From an uncultured bacterium (GTDB lineage: Bacteria; Actinomycetota; Coriobacteriia; Coriobacteriales; Coriobacteriaceae), in assembly GCA_905215445.1 (NCBI GenBank), contig CAJMPZ010000003.1:387-64386 (forward strand): 64,000 nucleotides of DNA, written 5' to 3'. A program made the position numbers and the translations under genes. The first letter of the stretch is position 1. Every line of letters starts with the position of its first letter. Below the pieces are notes generated by a model. It worked only from the letters and a program-made list of their open reading frames with translations, searched no databases and was not told the DNA's origin. Below, piece after piece: positions 28,988-38,512 of this stretch.

Positions 28988-29025
28988 AAAGGTCCGGCGG
29001 GACGCACCTAGCATCCCGCCGGACC
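28988..29025 (-). terminator. Intrinsic terminator of the PTS operon
   Basis: GGTCCGGCGGGA...TCCCGCCGGACC hairpin followed by TTT on the minus strand. Confidence 0.65.
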
Positions 29026-29058
29026 GTCACTCGTCCAGGAGGCCACCGCGACGAACCT

Positions 29059-30138
29059 CTAGATCTTCGCAAGCTCCTCGGAGATGACGCGGCAGACGTC
29101 CTCAGCCTGAGGCATCACGCCGTACATCTCGAAGAAGCCGTGGTCGCAGCCGCGATAGCGAATCGCGGTGACATCAACGCCCGCATCCTGCAGCCTCTTC
29201 GCGAACAGCTCATCCTGATAGCGCAGGTAGTCATACTCGGAAGAGATGATGACCGTGCGGGGGAACGCGCTCACGTCCTCCGCGAACAGGGCAGACACCC
29301 TCGGGTCGAGCATCTCCTCCGCATTGCCGTTGGTGTACATCAGCGGCAGGTCATCATTGGCATTGCGAATGCGATCCACCCTGCTCAAAGCCTCGATCCT
29401 CTGGTCGTTCACAATCTCATAGAGGTCATAGGACCATTCCTCCGGAACGGGGCCGCCGTCGACGAGCGGATACAGCTCGGCCACGAGCTTGATCCTGTCC
29501 GCATGGGACCCGTCGAGGACGACGGCGTTGGTCAGGCTTCCGCCCGCGGAGTCGCCAGCCACGGCGACCCGCGTCGCGTCGACACCCAGCTCATCCGCAT
29601 GCTCGACAAGCCAGTCGAGCGTCTTCACGCAGTCCTCGACACCACCGGGGAACATCGTCTCGGGAGACAAGCGGTACTCCGGGTAGATCGCGACGCAGCC
29701 CGTTCGCTCCGCGATGTCGCGCAGGCAGTTCTCGTACTGGCCAATGTTGCCCACCATGAAGCCGCCGCCGTGGATGAACACGAGCGCGGCGGAGCCGCAC
29801 CCGTGGCCCTCGGGCGTGAAGACGTGCAGGGGAATGCCCCTGTCGCCAAAGTTCATGACGACGGTCTTCTTGGCGACGTTCGAGCCCCTCACGACATGGG
29901 TCTCCTTGTTGGGAGCGGAGCGCCACGCGATCACGTCCACCGGCCCCGCCGGCGCCGGGCCGGCGGCGAGCTTCGCATGGGCGCGCGCGTAGACGCGCGG
30001 ATCGAGCACGCGCTCGCGCTCGTCTCCCGGCACGGGCTTCAGCAGGAGCTTCAGCCCGTTGGGCTCCACGACCTCCCTAGATCCACGCTCAAGCACTTCA
30101 AGCTCGGAAGTGGGGTACTTCCTCTCCTCGGTGCCCAT
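29059..30138 (-). CDS. Alpha/beta hydrolase, HSL/Aes-like esterase
   Basis: HGGGF, YRLSPE, GDSAGG, EYDYL, DHGF. Confidence 0.92.
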   Translation of the reverse strand: MGTEERKYPTSELEVLERGSREVVEPNGLKLLLKPVPGDERERVLDPRVYARAHAKLAAGPAPAGPVDVIAWRSAPNKETHVVRGSNVAKKTVVMNFGDRGIPLHVFTPEGHGCGSAALVFIHGGGFMVGNIGQYENCLRDIAERTGCVAIYPEYRLSPETMFPGGVEDCVKTLDWLVEHADELGVDATRVAVAGDSAGGSLTNAVVLDGSHADRIKLVAELYPLVDGGPVPEEWSYDLYEIVNDQRIEALSRVDRIRNANDDLPLMYTNGNAEEMLDPRVSALFAEDVSAFPRTVIISSEYDYLRYQDELFAKRLQDAGVDVTAIRYRGCDHGFFEMYGVMPQAEDVCRVISEELAKI

Positions 30139-30140
30139 GG

Positions 30141-31085
30141 CTAGCCGATCTTCAGCTCGTCAAGCTTGGCGTCAAGCTTGGCCATCTCATCGGCGGAAAG
30201 CTCCCACTCGAACGTCTCGCAGTTCTGAATCGCGTGGGCGTCCGTGCGCACGCCAACGAGCGCGGTGCCCACGTACTCCTTCTGGGTGCTCCAGTTCACG
30301 GCGACCTGTGCCACGGGCTTGTCATGAGCCTCGGCGATCTCGTCCATGACCTTGAGCAGCTCCTGGACGCGCGAGAACTTGGGCTCCTGGAAGTAGTCGT
30401 AGAAGCCGCCACGAACATCGCCCTCCTCGAACTTCGGCAGCTCGCGGAACTTGCCCGACAGGATGCCCGCGCCAAGGGAGCCATAGGTGAAGGAGTCGAT
30501 GCCACGCTCGTAGCCCCACTTGATAAGGTCCTCGGAGGAGCGGTCGACCATGGAGTAGGGCGGCTGCTGGACGTCGACCTGAGCGACCTTCTCGCACTCC
30601 TCGATCATCTCGGTCGTGAAGTTGGAGACGCCGATGTGGCGAATCTTGCCTTGCTCCTTGAGGAGCTGGAGGGCGCACATCGTCTCGGAGAACGGGGTCT
30701 TGGCGTCGGGCCAGTGCACGAAGTAGAAGTCGATGTAGTCGGTGCGGAGATTGCGCAGCGAGCTCTCGACCTCCCTCATGATGTTCTTGAACGAAGAGTC
30801 GCGGTCATAGCCGGCGGCGCTGGTAATCAGGCCAACCTTGGTCGAGAGCAGGTAGCTCTCTCGGTCGACGCCCCTGAGCGCGTTGCCGACGACCTTCTCG
30901 GACGCGCCGTTGCCATAGCACGGCGCGGTGTCAATGAGGTTGACGCCGTGATCGAGCATGGTGCGGATGGCGGACATGCTGGCGGCGTCATCGTTCTCAC
31001 CAAAGGAGTCGCCGCCGATCGCCCAGGTGCCCACGGCGAGCTGGGAGACGTCAACGTCGGAGTTCTTGAGGTGCGTGTAGCGCAT
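30141..31085 (-). CDS. Aldo/keto reductase (IolS/YhdN-like)
   Basis: GTWAIGG, IDTAPCYG, STKVG, LRTDYIDFYFVHWPD, IGVSNF. Confidence 0.93.
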   Translation of the reverse strand: MRYTHLKNSDVDVSQLAVGTWAIGGDSFGENDDAASMSAIRTMLDHGVNLIDTAPCYGNGASEKVVGNALRGVDRESYLLSTKVGLITSAAGYDRDSSFKNIMREVESSLRNLRTDYIDFYFVHWPDAKTPFSETMCALQLLKEQGKIRHIGVSNFTTEMIEECEKVAQVDVQQPPYSMVDRSSEDLIKWGYERGIDSFTYGSLGAGILSGKFRELPKFEEGDVRGGFYDYFQEPKFSRVQELLKVMDEIAEAHDKPVAQVAVNWSTQKEYVGTALVGVRTDAHAIQNCETFEWELSADEMAKLDAKLDELKIG

Positions 31086-31182
31086 ATTCTCTCCTTCTAA
31101 TGGGGCGGCACGCGTCGAATGTCCTCGATCGCGTGCCGCCAGGAATTGCCTTGAACAGGCTTCGGATGATCCGGAAACCGCC

Positions 31183-32019
31183 TTACACGATGCCCACGAG
31201 GCCGAGGACGAGCGCCAGAACCATGATGCCGACCAGGATGATGTTGACGTTCACGTTCTTCTTGCGCAGGAGCCAGAGGACGACGAGCGTAAGTCCCAGA
31301 GGCACGATGCCCTTGAAGATCGAGTCGAGGTAGGTCTGGATCATGACGGGGTCGGAGTCCTGAACCGGAATGGACAGGATCGTGTTGAATTGGACGTTCG
31401 CCGCGGTCATGGCGCCGATCATCACCAGGCCGATCGTGGAGGTCGCCTTGGTGATGAGCTTCATGAGACCACCCTCGTACATCTCGGAGATGAAGTTGGT
31501 GCCCATGCTGAAGCCGAGGTAGGTCATGAAGTATCGGCAGAGGATCGACGGGATGTTGTAGATCAGCAGGAACATGATCGCGCCGAGGGGCGAGCCGCTC
31601 ATGGCGAGGTTAATGCCGATGCCGGCGGCGATAACACGCAGGACGCCCCAGAAGATTGCGTCGCCGATGCCGGACATCGGGCCCATCAGGGAGACCTTGA
31701 TACCGTCGATGGACTCGGTGTCGAAGTCTTCGTGCTGCGAGTTCTCCCTCTCCATGGAGGCGACGAGGCCCATGGCGAACGTGCCGACGTTCTGGGTAAT
31801 GTTGTACCAAGTCGTGTGACGCTTCATGGCGTCGGCACGAGCCTCGGGGTCATCGGCATAGTAGCGGTTAAGCGCGGGCTGGACGGAGTACAGCCAGCCG
31901 TCGGCGCCAGCCTTGACGGAACCGCCGGCGCAGGAAGCGAACACGGAGAAGGAGCGCAGGAAAATGCTGTTGAGCATCTTCTTGTCTTCAGGGCTCACAT
32001 TCTTGGTCAGGTTGCTCAT
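31183..32019 (-). CDS. PTS mannose/fructose/sorbose family IID
   Basis: RHTTWYN, IKVSLMGPMSGIGDAIFW, GLVMIGAM; real start MSNLTK overlaps the IIC stop. Confidence 0.92.
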   Translation of the reverse strand: MSNLTKNVSPEDKKMLNSIFLRSFSVFASCAGGSVKAGADGWLYSVQPALNRYYADDPEARADAMKRHTTWYNITQNVGTFAMGLVASMERENSQHEDFDTESIDGIKVSLMGPMSGIGDAIFWGVLRVIAAGIGINLAMSGSPLGAIMFLLIYNIPSILCRYFMTYLGFSMGTNFISEMYEGGLMKLITKATSTIGLVMIGAMTAANVQFNTILSIPVQDSDPVMIQTYLDSIFKGIVPLGLTLVVLWLLRKKNVNVNIILVGIMVLALVLGLVGIV

Positions 32020-32828
32020 GCGAAGAAATCCTCCTCGTCGCTGGTTACAGAGTCGCCGGAAACGGCCTGGGTGGCCACTCCCTTCTTGGTGAGATCGAAG
32101 ATCTCCTTGTCGCGGAGGGCGGAGGCAACCGCGATGATGACACCGAGAACTGCGATGGCGATCATCGGGAGGCCGAGGTACTGGTAGAGCGTAAAGCCCA
32201 AGAAGAAGTAGATGCTGAGCTCGGTGCTCCACAGCATCTGGAGCAGGAGCGCCATACCAACGGCGGGCAGGAGGGCACCCACGGCGTTGAGGCCGCTCAT
32301 GACATTGGCCGGAATCTGGTTGACAATGGCGGCAACGGGCTCGGCGCCAAGGTAAACGCCGAGGAAGGCGATGAGGCCAAAGGCGGCGTACTTAACGAAC
32401 CAGAGAACGAAGTGCTGAAGCGCGAGGCCCTTCTCGTTGCCCTCGGCGGCCATCTTGTCAAAGGTGGCTGCGAAGAACGCGAGGAACACGTTGTTCATGA
32501 AGATCGAGAGAAATGCGGTGACGACGCCCACGGGAACGGCCAGTGTGATGGCGGCACCCTGGTCGATACCAGCGCCAACGGTGAAGGCGACGGCGAGGGC
32601 GGTCGCGGTAACAGGCTCGGCGGAGATAGCGCCACCAATGTTAACCGCGCCCATGAAGATCGCCTCGAGAGAGGCACCGATGATGGCACCGGTCTTGACG
32701 TCGCCCATCAGGAGGCCCGCAACGAGACCTACCACGAGAGGACGCTCGATCATGCACTGACCGAGAACCCAGTTGCCGCCGTAGCAAATCAGCACGGTCA
32801 ACCAGGCCATTATTGCCAACCCAACCAT
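32016..32828 (-). CDS. PTS mannose/fructose/sorbose family IIC
   Basis: RPLVVGLVAGLLMGD...GASLEAIFMG...GG, LPAVGMALLL. Confidence 0.92.
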   Translation of the reverse strand: MVGLAIMAWLTVLICYGGNWVLGQCMIERPLVVGLVAGLLMGDVKTGAIIGASLEAIFMGAVNIGGAISAEPVTATALAVAFTVGAGIDQGAAITLAVPVGVVTAFLSIFMNNVFLAFFAATFDKMAAEGNEKGLALQHFVLWFVKYAAFGLIAFLGVYLGAEPVAAIVNQIPANVMSGLNAVGALLPAVGMALLLQMLWSTELSIYFFLGFTLYQYLGLPMIAIAVLGVIIAVASALRDKEIFDLTKKGVATQAVSGDSVTSDEEDFFA

Positions 32829-32874
32829 TTGACTTCCTTTCTTTCATTTCATTTGGCCGCCTGGCCAAATCCCC

Positions 32875-33378
32875 TTATTTCCCCGCCGCCTCGATCAGAC
32901 TCTTGAGAGGAGTCTTGGGATTGGACGGGATAAGCTGATGGAAAACCGGAATACCCTGCTCGCAAAGCTCCTTCGCGGCCTCGAGCTCATCCGGGTTGAG
33001 CATGATCGTGGAGTTGAGGGCGACCTTGCTATCCGGATCGGACTTGTCGAAGCGGCCGACGTTGGCAACGTTCACGCCCTCAATCTTGCCCGGCGCGCCC
33101 TTAACGAGCTCAAGCACGTCACGCACGCAGTTGGTGAGCGCGAAGATGCGCATGGAGTCCGCGCGCGGATCGTTCGCGATGCGGCAGGCATCCGGAACGT
33201 CCTTGACGAGGAGTTTCTGGCCCGCCGGCGTACCCATGGAAAGCGTCATGCGAAGGGCGTCGCTCTCCACGGCGTGCTTGTTGGCGACGATGATCCTGGT
33301 GGTGTTGAGCTCCTTGGTCCACACCAGGGCGACCTGTCCGTGAATCAGACGGTCATCGACTCGAACCTGAACAATCAT
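32875..33378 (-). CDS. PTS mannose/fructose/sorbose family IIB
   Basis: RVDDRLIHGQV phospho-His motif. Confidence 0.93.
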   Translation of the reverse strand: MIVQVRVDDRLIHGQVALVWTKELNTTRIIVANKHAVESDALRMTLSMGTPAGQKLLVKDVPDACRIANDPRADSMRIFALTNCVRDVLELVKGAPGKIEGVNVANVGRFDKSDPDSKVALNSTIMLNPDELEAAKELCEQGIPVFHQLIPSNPKTPLKSLIEAAGK

Positions 33379-33407
33379 TGCTTCCTCTCTCTACTTGTTA
33401 GTACTCT

Positions 33408-33836
33408 CTAATCAAAGAAGTCTCCCTCGGACTCCTCGTTGTCCGCGGCCTTGCTCGGAGGCTCGACGACCTGCATCGTCGCCCTCGCCAGTTCGACGCT
33501 CTGCTTGATCGAATCTGCCGTGACCGGCTCGGCGCCGAGGAGCGTCTCGATCACGAGGCCGAGGTTCATACCGGTGACGTGGACGATCCCGCGCTTCTCC
33601 GGCTCCATAAGGACGACCTTCTGGAAGACGGAACCACCGTAGATGTCGGTGAAGATGATGGCCTCGTCCTCAGGGCCCACCGAGTCAATAAAGGCCTGGA
33701 TGCGAGGGATGAAATCGGAGTCGTCCACGTAGCAGTCAACTGCCTCCACCATGTCCGCCATGCCGGTCAGGATTCCGATCGAGCTCCTGATTCCGCTTGC
33801 GAGGTGGCCGTGCGACGCGACAAGAACTTTCTTCAT
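33408..33836 (-). CDS. PTS mannose/fructose/sorbose family IIA
   Basis: VASHGHLASG, TDIYGGSV, TGMNL. Confidence 0.93.
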   Translation of the reverse strand: MKKVLVASHGHLASGIRSSIGILTGMADMVEAVDCYVDDSDFIPRIQAFIDSVGPEDEAIIFTDIYGGSVFQKVVLMEPEKRGIVHVTGMNLGLVIETLLGAEPVTADSIKQSVELARATMQVVEPPSKAADNEESEGDFFD

Positions 33837-33846
33837 CGAGTCTCTC

Positions 33847-34701
33847 CTAGAGCGAATAGTGGTTGGGGTTCAGAAGCTGGATCTTGCTGACGACGAACGC
33901 GCGCATGTCGGGGGCGGCGTCCATCAGGAGGCCTATGCCGTTGCCGTCGTTCTTACCGGAGTTGATGTCCTTCTCGAAGGCGCGGTACATGGAACGGAAG
34001 TACTCCGTGGCGATGTTGAACTTACTCATGCCGAGGTTCACGGCCTCCTGGAGCTGCTCGTCGGGGATGTCGGAGCATCCGTGCATGACGAGGGGGACGC
34101 TGACGGCCTCCCTGCAGGCCTTGATGCGCTCCATGTCGAGGTTCGGGACCTTGACATAGGGGCCGTGGGCATTGCCGACGGCGATGGCGAGCGAGCCGCA
34201 ACCGGTGCCCTCGACAAACTCCTCGGCGAGGTTCGGGTCGGTGTAGTGGTCGCTGTTCACGAAGTCGTTGGCGTCAGAGCCGTTGCCGACATGGCCGAGC
34301 TCGGCCTCGATGTCGACGTCGAAGATCTTGGCGACCTGGACGACGTCCTTCGTGAGCTGGAAGTTCTCCTCATAGGAAAGTGAGGAGCCGTCGACCATGA
34401 CGGATGGGAAGCCGGCCTTGACGCCCTTGACGGCGATCTCGTAACCAGCGGAGTGATCCTGGTGGACGGCGACGGGCACGCTCGCGCGCTCGGCGTAATA
34501 GCGGGCGGCGAAGGCGATGATGTCGAGGGCGCAGTGGTCCTCGAAGCCAGGCCAGTACTGGATGATGATGGGCATGTGCTCATCCTCGGCGGCCTGGATC
34601 GCATAACGGATGGTCTCCGTATTGATGACGTTAATCGCGGGCACGCCATAGTGGTGCTCGGTCGCATGTTGAAGAAGCTCGTTGACCTTGATGAGTGACA
34701 T
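33847..34701 (-). CDS. Class II ketose-(bis)phosphate aldolase
   Basis: VHQDH, SVMVDGS, EAELGHVG, GNAHG, LVMHG, KFNIATE. Confidence 0.92.
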   Translation of the reverse strand: MSLIKVNELLQHATEHHYGVPAINVINTETIRYAIQAAEDEHMPIIIQYWPGFEDHCALDIIAFAARYYAERASVPVAVHQDHSAGYEIAVKGVKAGFPSVMVDGSSLSYEENFQLTKDVVQVAKIFDVDIEAELGHVGNGSDANDFVNSDHYTDPNLAEEFVEGTGCGSLAIAVGNAHGPYVKVPNLDMERIKACREAVSVPLVMHGCSDIPDEQLQEAVNLGMSKFNIATEYFRSMYRAFEKDINSGKNDGNGIGLLMDAAPDMRAFVVSKIQLLNPNHYSL

Positions 34702-34815
34702 CTTTGTCTTCCTTTCACCTGAATAATCATTGGATCGGACAGTTCTCAGCTCGTCAGCTGGTTGAACACGAAGCGAAGCGCGAGGCAGGCAGGCGCTTGC
34801 GAGGCGCGGTGGAGC

Positions 34816-36018
34816 CTATGCGGCCGCCTGGCCCTCAGGCTGCGGCGCCGCGCTTCGACGCCATAGCACGTACGCCACAAGAGCAGCGACTGCAGCAATC
34901 GTTGAAGCGAGGGCGAAGGCCAGGAAACCCGCGTGCGTGCCGAGCGCATCGCACGCCCAACCGCCAAACAGGTTCGCAACCACGACGGACAGACCGCTCT
35001 GGACCATCGCGAAGGCGCTCTGACCTCGAGCGCGACAATCCTCGTAAGTGTGGTTGGCAATGTAGGTAACGCAGGAGTAGTAGACGGTCATGTAACTCAC
35101 GCTCTGCAGCAGCTGGCCGCAGACCATGACCGGGACGATGCCGGTGCCCACAAGCACGAGCCTGAGCGCCGCCATGAAGCAGGAAAAGATCAGGAGGTTC
35201 ATCTCGCCGAAGCGCCTGACCAGCTTGGAGGAAACGAGCAGGATGGGGATCTCGCTCGCAGCGGAGACCGCACTCAGGACGCCCACGAGGTTCTGACCCT
35301 CGCCAAGCTCGACCGCGTAGCGGCCCAAGAACGCCCCGATGAAGCCAATCGCGGCCGAACTGATGAAGGCGAAGACCAAGACGAAGGCGATCTCATTGCT
35401 GGTGAACAGCGAGAGGAGGCCCTTTCCGTGGGAGACCTTGGGATCGTCCGCGGCATTGGCGCGAATTCCCGCCTCGGGGAGGCGCCACATGTGAGCCGCG
35501 AAGACCACCAGCGCGGCGGAGACCACCGTGAACTGGATTTGAGGAGCCATGTCGAGCAGCCGACCGACGATCAGGACGACGATGGCATAGCCGATAGTGC
35601 CACCCATGCGAATGCGAGAAAAGTCCAGGCCAGAGCGATCCGCGAGCTCGATGACGAGGGAGTCGCTCAGGGGCAGGAGCCCCGAGAAAAACGCCGAGAA
35701 TGCAAAGGTTACGAGAAGGACCGGGACGAACGTCGACGCCAGGTAATACAGCGGAGCGAGTACCGCCGCCGCAAGGCAGAGGGCCACGATGACCGCGCGG
35801 CGGCGCCCGAGCTTGTCGGCGATCGTCGACCAGAGCGGCTGGATGGCGAGCGCACACACCGGGGTCGCCGCGAGGAGAATGCCGGTCTGGGCCGCGCTGA
35901 GGCCGAGGCTCGTGTAGTGAGCGGAGAGAAACGGCGAGTACACGCCCGCGCAGACCCAGTAGAGTACGTTCGCGAAGAACAGCGAAGTCATGCTTGCGTT
36001 TGTCTTGGCGTTGTGCAT
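34816..36018 (-). CDS. MFS transporter (LacY/MalA/MFS_1-like)
   Basis: QPLWSTIADK, FSRIRMGGTIGY, SEIPIL, QLLQSVSY, ARGQS. Confidence 0.87.
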   Translation of the reverse strand: MHNAKTNASMTSLFFANVLYWVCAGVYSPFLSAHYTSLGLSAAQTGILLAATPVCALAIQPLWSTIADKLGRRRAVIVALCLAAAVLAPLYYLASTFVPVLLVTFAFSAFFSGLLPLSDSLVIELADRSGLDFSRIRMGGTIGYAIVVLIVGRLLDMAPQIQFTVVSAALVVFAAHMWRLPEAGIRANAADDPKVSHGKGLLSLFTSNEIAFVLVFAFISSAAIGFIGAFLGRYAVELGEGQNLVGVLSAVSAASEIPILLVSSKLVRRFGEMNLLIFSCFMAALRLVLVGTGIVPVMVCGQLLQSVSYMTVYYSCVTYIANHTYEDCRARGQSAFAMVQSGLSVVVANLFGGWACDALGTHAGFLAFALASTIAAVAALVAYVLWRRSAAPQPEGQAAA

Positions 36019-36081
36019 CGTGCTTCTCCCTTCTTGCTCGCCGGGTGCCTGTCTGGGCTTCGAAGTGATTCACCATCTAGC

Positions 36082-36273
36082 GTGAAACGGAGTTGCGAGG
36101 CGTTGAAACAATGTTCTGTTGTTTCATCGTTTTCGTGCCGTTGTTTCACGGCTCATAAGATAGCAGCTCAAGCTGAGATTGCGCCGAGGAAGTACCGATT
36201 TACCGTGAACGGTAGGAAATCAGCGGTGAAACGCTATTTCACCGCTGATGAAACATTTTGCTTATTTTTCACC
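36082..36273. promoter_or_regulatory. Divergent promoter region with several TGAAAC...TTTCA dyads (candidate RpiR operators)
   Basis: TGAAACAATGTTCTGTTGTTTCA (36104-36126) and TCAGCGGTGAAACGCTATTTCACCGCTGA (36220-36248). Confidence 0.55.
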
Positions 36274-36318
36274 TCTCTTGACCTAAGATACAAAGCAAGC
36301 TAGGACCAAGGAGTAACC

Positions 36319-37182
36319 ATGGATAAGACAGGGGATGTGCTCAGCCACATCTGCGCGGTCATGAGCAGCCTATCCCCCTCGGAGAAGGCAATCGCAACGT
36401 ATGTGCTCGACCACCCGTCGGATGTCGCAACGATGACCGTCCGCGAACTCGCCGCAGAAACCGGTACGTCACCGGCGTCTGTTTCGAGATTCGCAAGGAC
36501 GCTTGACTACCGAACCTATTCGGACATGCGTCTGGCGCTCGGCATATCCATCAGCAGGGCATCCGGCGAAGAAAAGGCCACGGACGGCAGGATTACTCTG
36601 GACGACGTCGAGGGCTCCATCAAGTACGTCCTGTCTCACAAGGTCAAGGAGCTCTCCCAAACCGCCTCGCTCATTGACTCCGATGACTTTTCGGCAGTCG
36701 TCAATCTGCTCCACAACGCCAACCTCGTCCTGATCGCGGGCGTCGGCAACTCGATTAACATGGGCGTAAACGCGGCGTTCAAGCTCTCGCAGGTTGGAGT
36801 CAGAGCGTTTTGCCCCAGTACCACCGAAGCCATGGTCTCCGTCGCAACCAGCCTCAAGGAGAATGACGTTCTGCTCGTCATTTCGACGTCCGGATACTCG
36901 AAGCGCCTCGTCAACATATTCGACTCTGCCGAGGATTCGAACACCCCCATCATCATGATCACAGACAACCCGGATACGCCGCTCGCGAAGCGTGCCACGC
37001 ATATCATCCGAGCCATCTCGCGAGATCAGGCCATCACCGGAACCGAGATCGCCTTCTCGCACAGCTCGATCAACTTCGTCATCGAGCTGCTGTTCCTCTT
37101 CCTGACCTCTTGCTGGGATGACCCGGTAGAGTTTAACAGGATCATCTCGAAGAATCTCATGGGAGACAAGCAATACAGCTAG
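36319..37182 (+). CDS. MurR/RpiR-family regulator (HTH plus SIS)
   Basis: LSPSEKAIATYVL...TVRELAAETGTSPASVSRFARTL; GVGNS; ISTSGYS; ITDNPDTPLA. Confidence 0.93.
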   Translation: MDKTGDVLSHICAVMSSLSPSEKAIATYVLDHPSDVATMTVRELAAETGTSPASVSRFARTLDYRTYSDMRLALGISISRASGEEKATDGRITLDDVEGSIKYVLSHKVKELSQTASLIDSDDFSAVVNLLHNANLVLIAGVGNSINMGVNAAFKLSQVGVRAFCPSTTEAMVSVATSLKENDVLLVISTSGYSKRLVNIFDSAEDSNTPIIMITDNPDTPLAKRATHIIRAISRDQAITGTEIAFSHSSINFVIELLFLFLTSCWDDPVEFNRIISKNLMGDKQYS

Positions 37183-37231
37183 GACGACGCACGCCGGCGC
37201 ACCGATGCCCAGACCGAAACGGGAGGACCCC

Positions 37232-38059
37232 TTGATAAAGCTCATCCTCGCAGACATGGATGGGACCCTGTTGCCGTTTGGCTCAAGGGTCGTATCGGAG
37301 CGCACGCACAGCGCGATTCTTTCGGCGCTCGATGCGGGCATCGCGTTCGGCCCCGCAAGCGGGCGCGACTACGCCGACCTGGCCGATGCCTTTGACGGCG
37401 ACGCGCGCTGTTTCTCGACCGGCATCATGGCCAACGGAAAGAAGGTCTTCTCCAGCGGCGAACTCGTGTTCAAAAAGACGCTCTCGACGGAGGCCCTCGT
37501 CAAGCTCGATAGCGCTGTACGCCCCTACGCGGGGACGTCACTCTGGCTAGTCGCCGATGTCGATGAGACAGGCAAGCGCTGCGAGCAGTTCCTCTGCGCC
37601 GTCGAGCCTGGCGACGAATTCGCCCTGGAAGTCGTTAAGGACTCCGGAAGAGACATGGCGCTCGGAGACGTGCCCACGAACCGTGACGTCATAACCGCCG
37701 GCATCTTCGTCAACGTCAGCTCCGCCCCGACGGAAGTCGTTCGGAGTCGATGCAAGGAAGCCTGCCCAGAACTTGATTTCCCCTCGCCCGTCCCATTCTT
37801 CCTCGATGTTGTTCCGGCTGGCTGGAGCAAGGTAAACGGACTCGACGCGCTTCTCGGCAGCCTTGGGGTCACGCTGGACGAGGTCGCTTTTATCGGAGAC
37901 TCGGAAAACGACGTGACGCTCCTCGATAAGGTGCCGAACTCCTACGCAGTCGCGGGCGCGATGCCAGAGGCGAAGGCCGCGGCCCATCACCTGATCGGGA
38001 ACGCAGCCGAGGACTCCGTCGCGAAGCTCATCGAACAGATTGTCCAGCAACGAGGCTAG
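37232..38059 (+). CDS. Cof-type HAD-IIB phosphatase
   Basis: LADMDGTLL, ASGR, NG, SKVNG, IGDSENDVTLL; TTG start after GGGAGG. Confidence 0.9.
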   Translation: MIKLILADMDGTLLPFGSRVVSERTHSAILSALDAGIAFGPASGRDYADLADAFDGDARCFSTGIMANGKKVFSSGELVFKKTLSTEALVKLDSAVRPYAGTSLWLVADVDETGKRCEQFLCAVEPGDEFALEVVKDSGRDMALGDVPTNRDVITAGIFVNVSSAPTEVVRSRCKEACPELDFPSPVPFFLDVVPAGWSKVNGLDALLGSLGVTLDEVAFIGDSENDVTLLDKVPNSYAVAGAMPEAKAAAHHLIGNAAEDSVAKLIEQIVQQRG

Positions 38060-38111
38060 GGTTCCGCCAGCGTGGCATGCGCCGCGTGCCTCGTCATCCG
38101 TTCGTGGCGCG

Positions 38112-38261
38112 CTACCTCGTGACGATCCAGAGCGTGGCCATCGTCGCGACGCCGATGCCTACGATGAGCGCGGCCCACAGGACGCGGACCACGGGGTTCA
38201 TGTCGCCCGCCACCACCATGTCGTTCGCGTGCCAGAACCAGCTCTCGTTTCCCTTGCGCAT
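38112..38261 (-). CDS. 49-aa small membrane protein (below the ORF-track cutoff)
   Basis: RBS AAGGGAGG, then MRKGNESWFWHANDMVVAGDMNPVVRVLWAALIVGIGVATMATLWIVTR*; one TM helix. Confidence 0.6.
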   Translation of the reverse strand: MRKGNESWFWHANDMVVAGDMNPVVRVLWAALIVGIGVATMATLWIVTR

Positions 38262-38512
38262 GATGCCCTCCCTTAGCCTCGATTACGCCATCTATGGCCG
38301 AGCAATCGCAGGTCACGTGCCATGGATTTGCCCTACGCCCAGCTTTCAGTTCTGTAAGGCGGCGGGAGCCTGTGCGAGGCCCCGAGTCCTGAGGCTGTTG
38401 CAATGAAAATGGGAATCAAGGGGCACGCATCAATCATATGGGTTCCTTTCGAGGGCGATGGCAAACGAAGCATCCATCATATAATGGAGCGACGCAACCA
38501 GAGAGGTCACCC

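Noticed and set aside
28637..29014. Intact 125-aa protein as given in the ORF track
   Set aside because: The first ~40 residues are read-through of the terminator and junction DNA; only the C-terminal HAD remnant is homologous.
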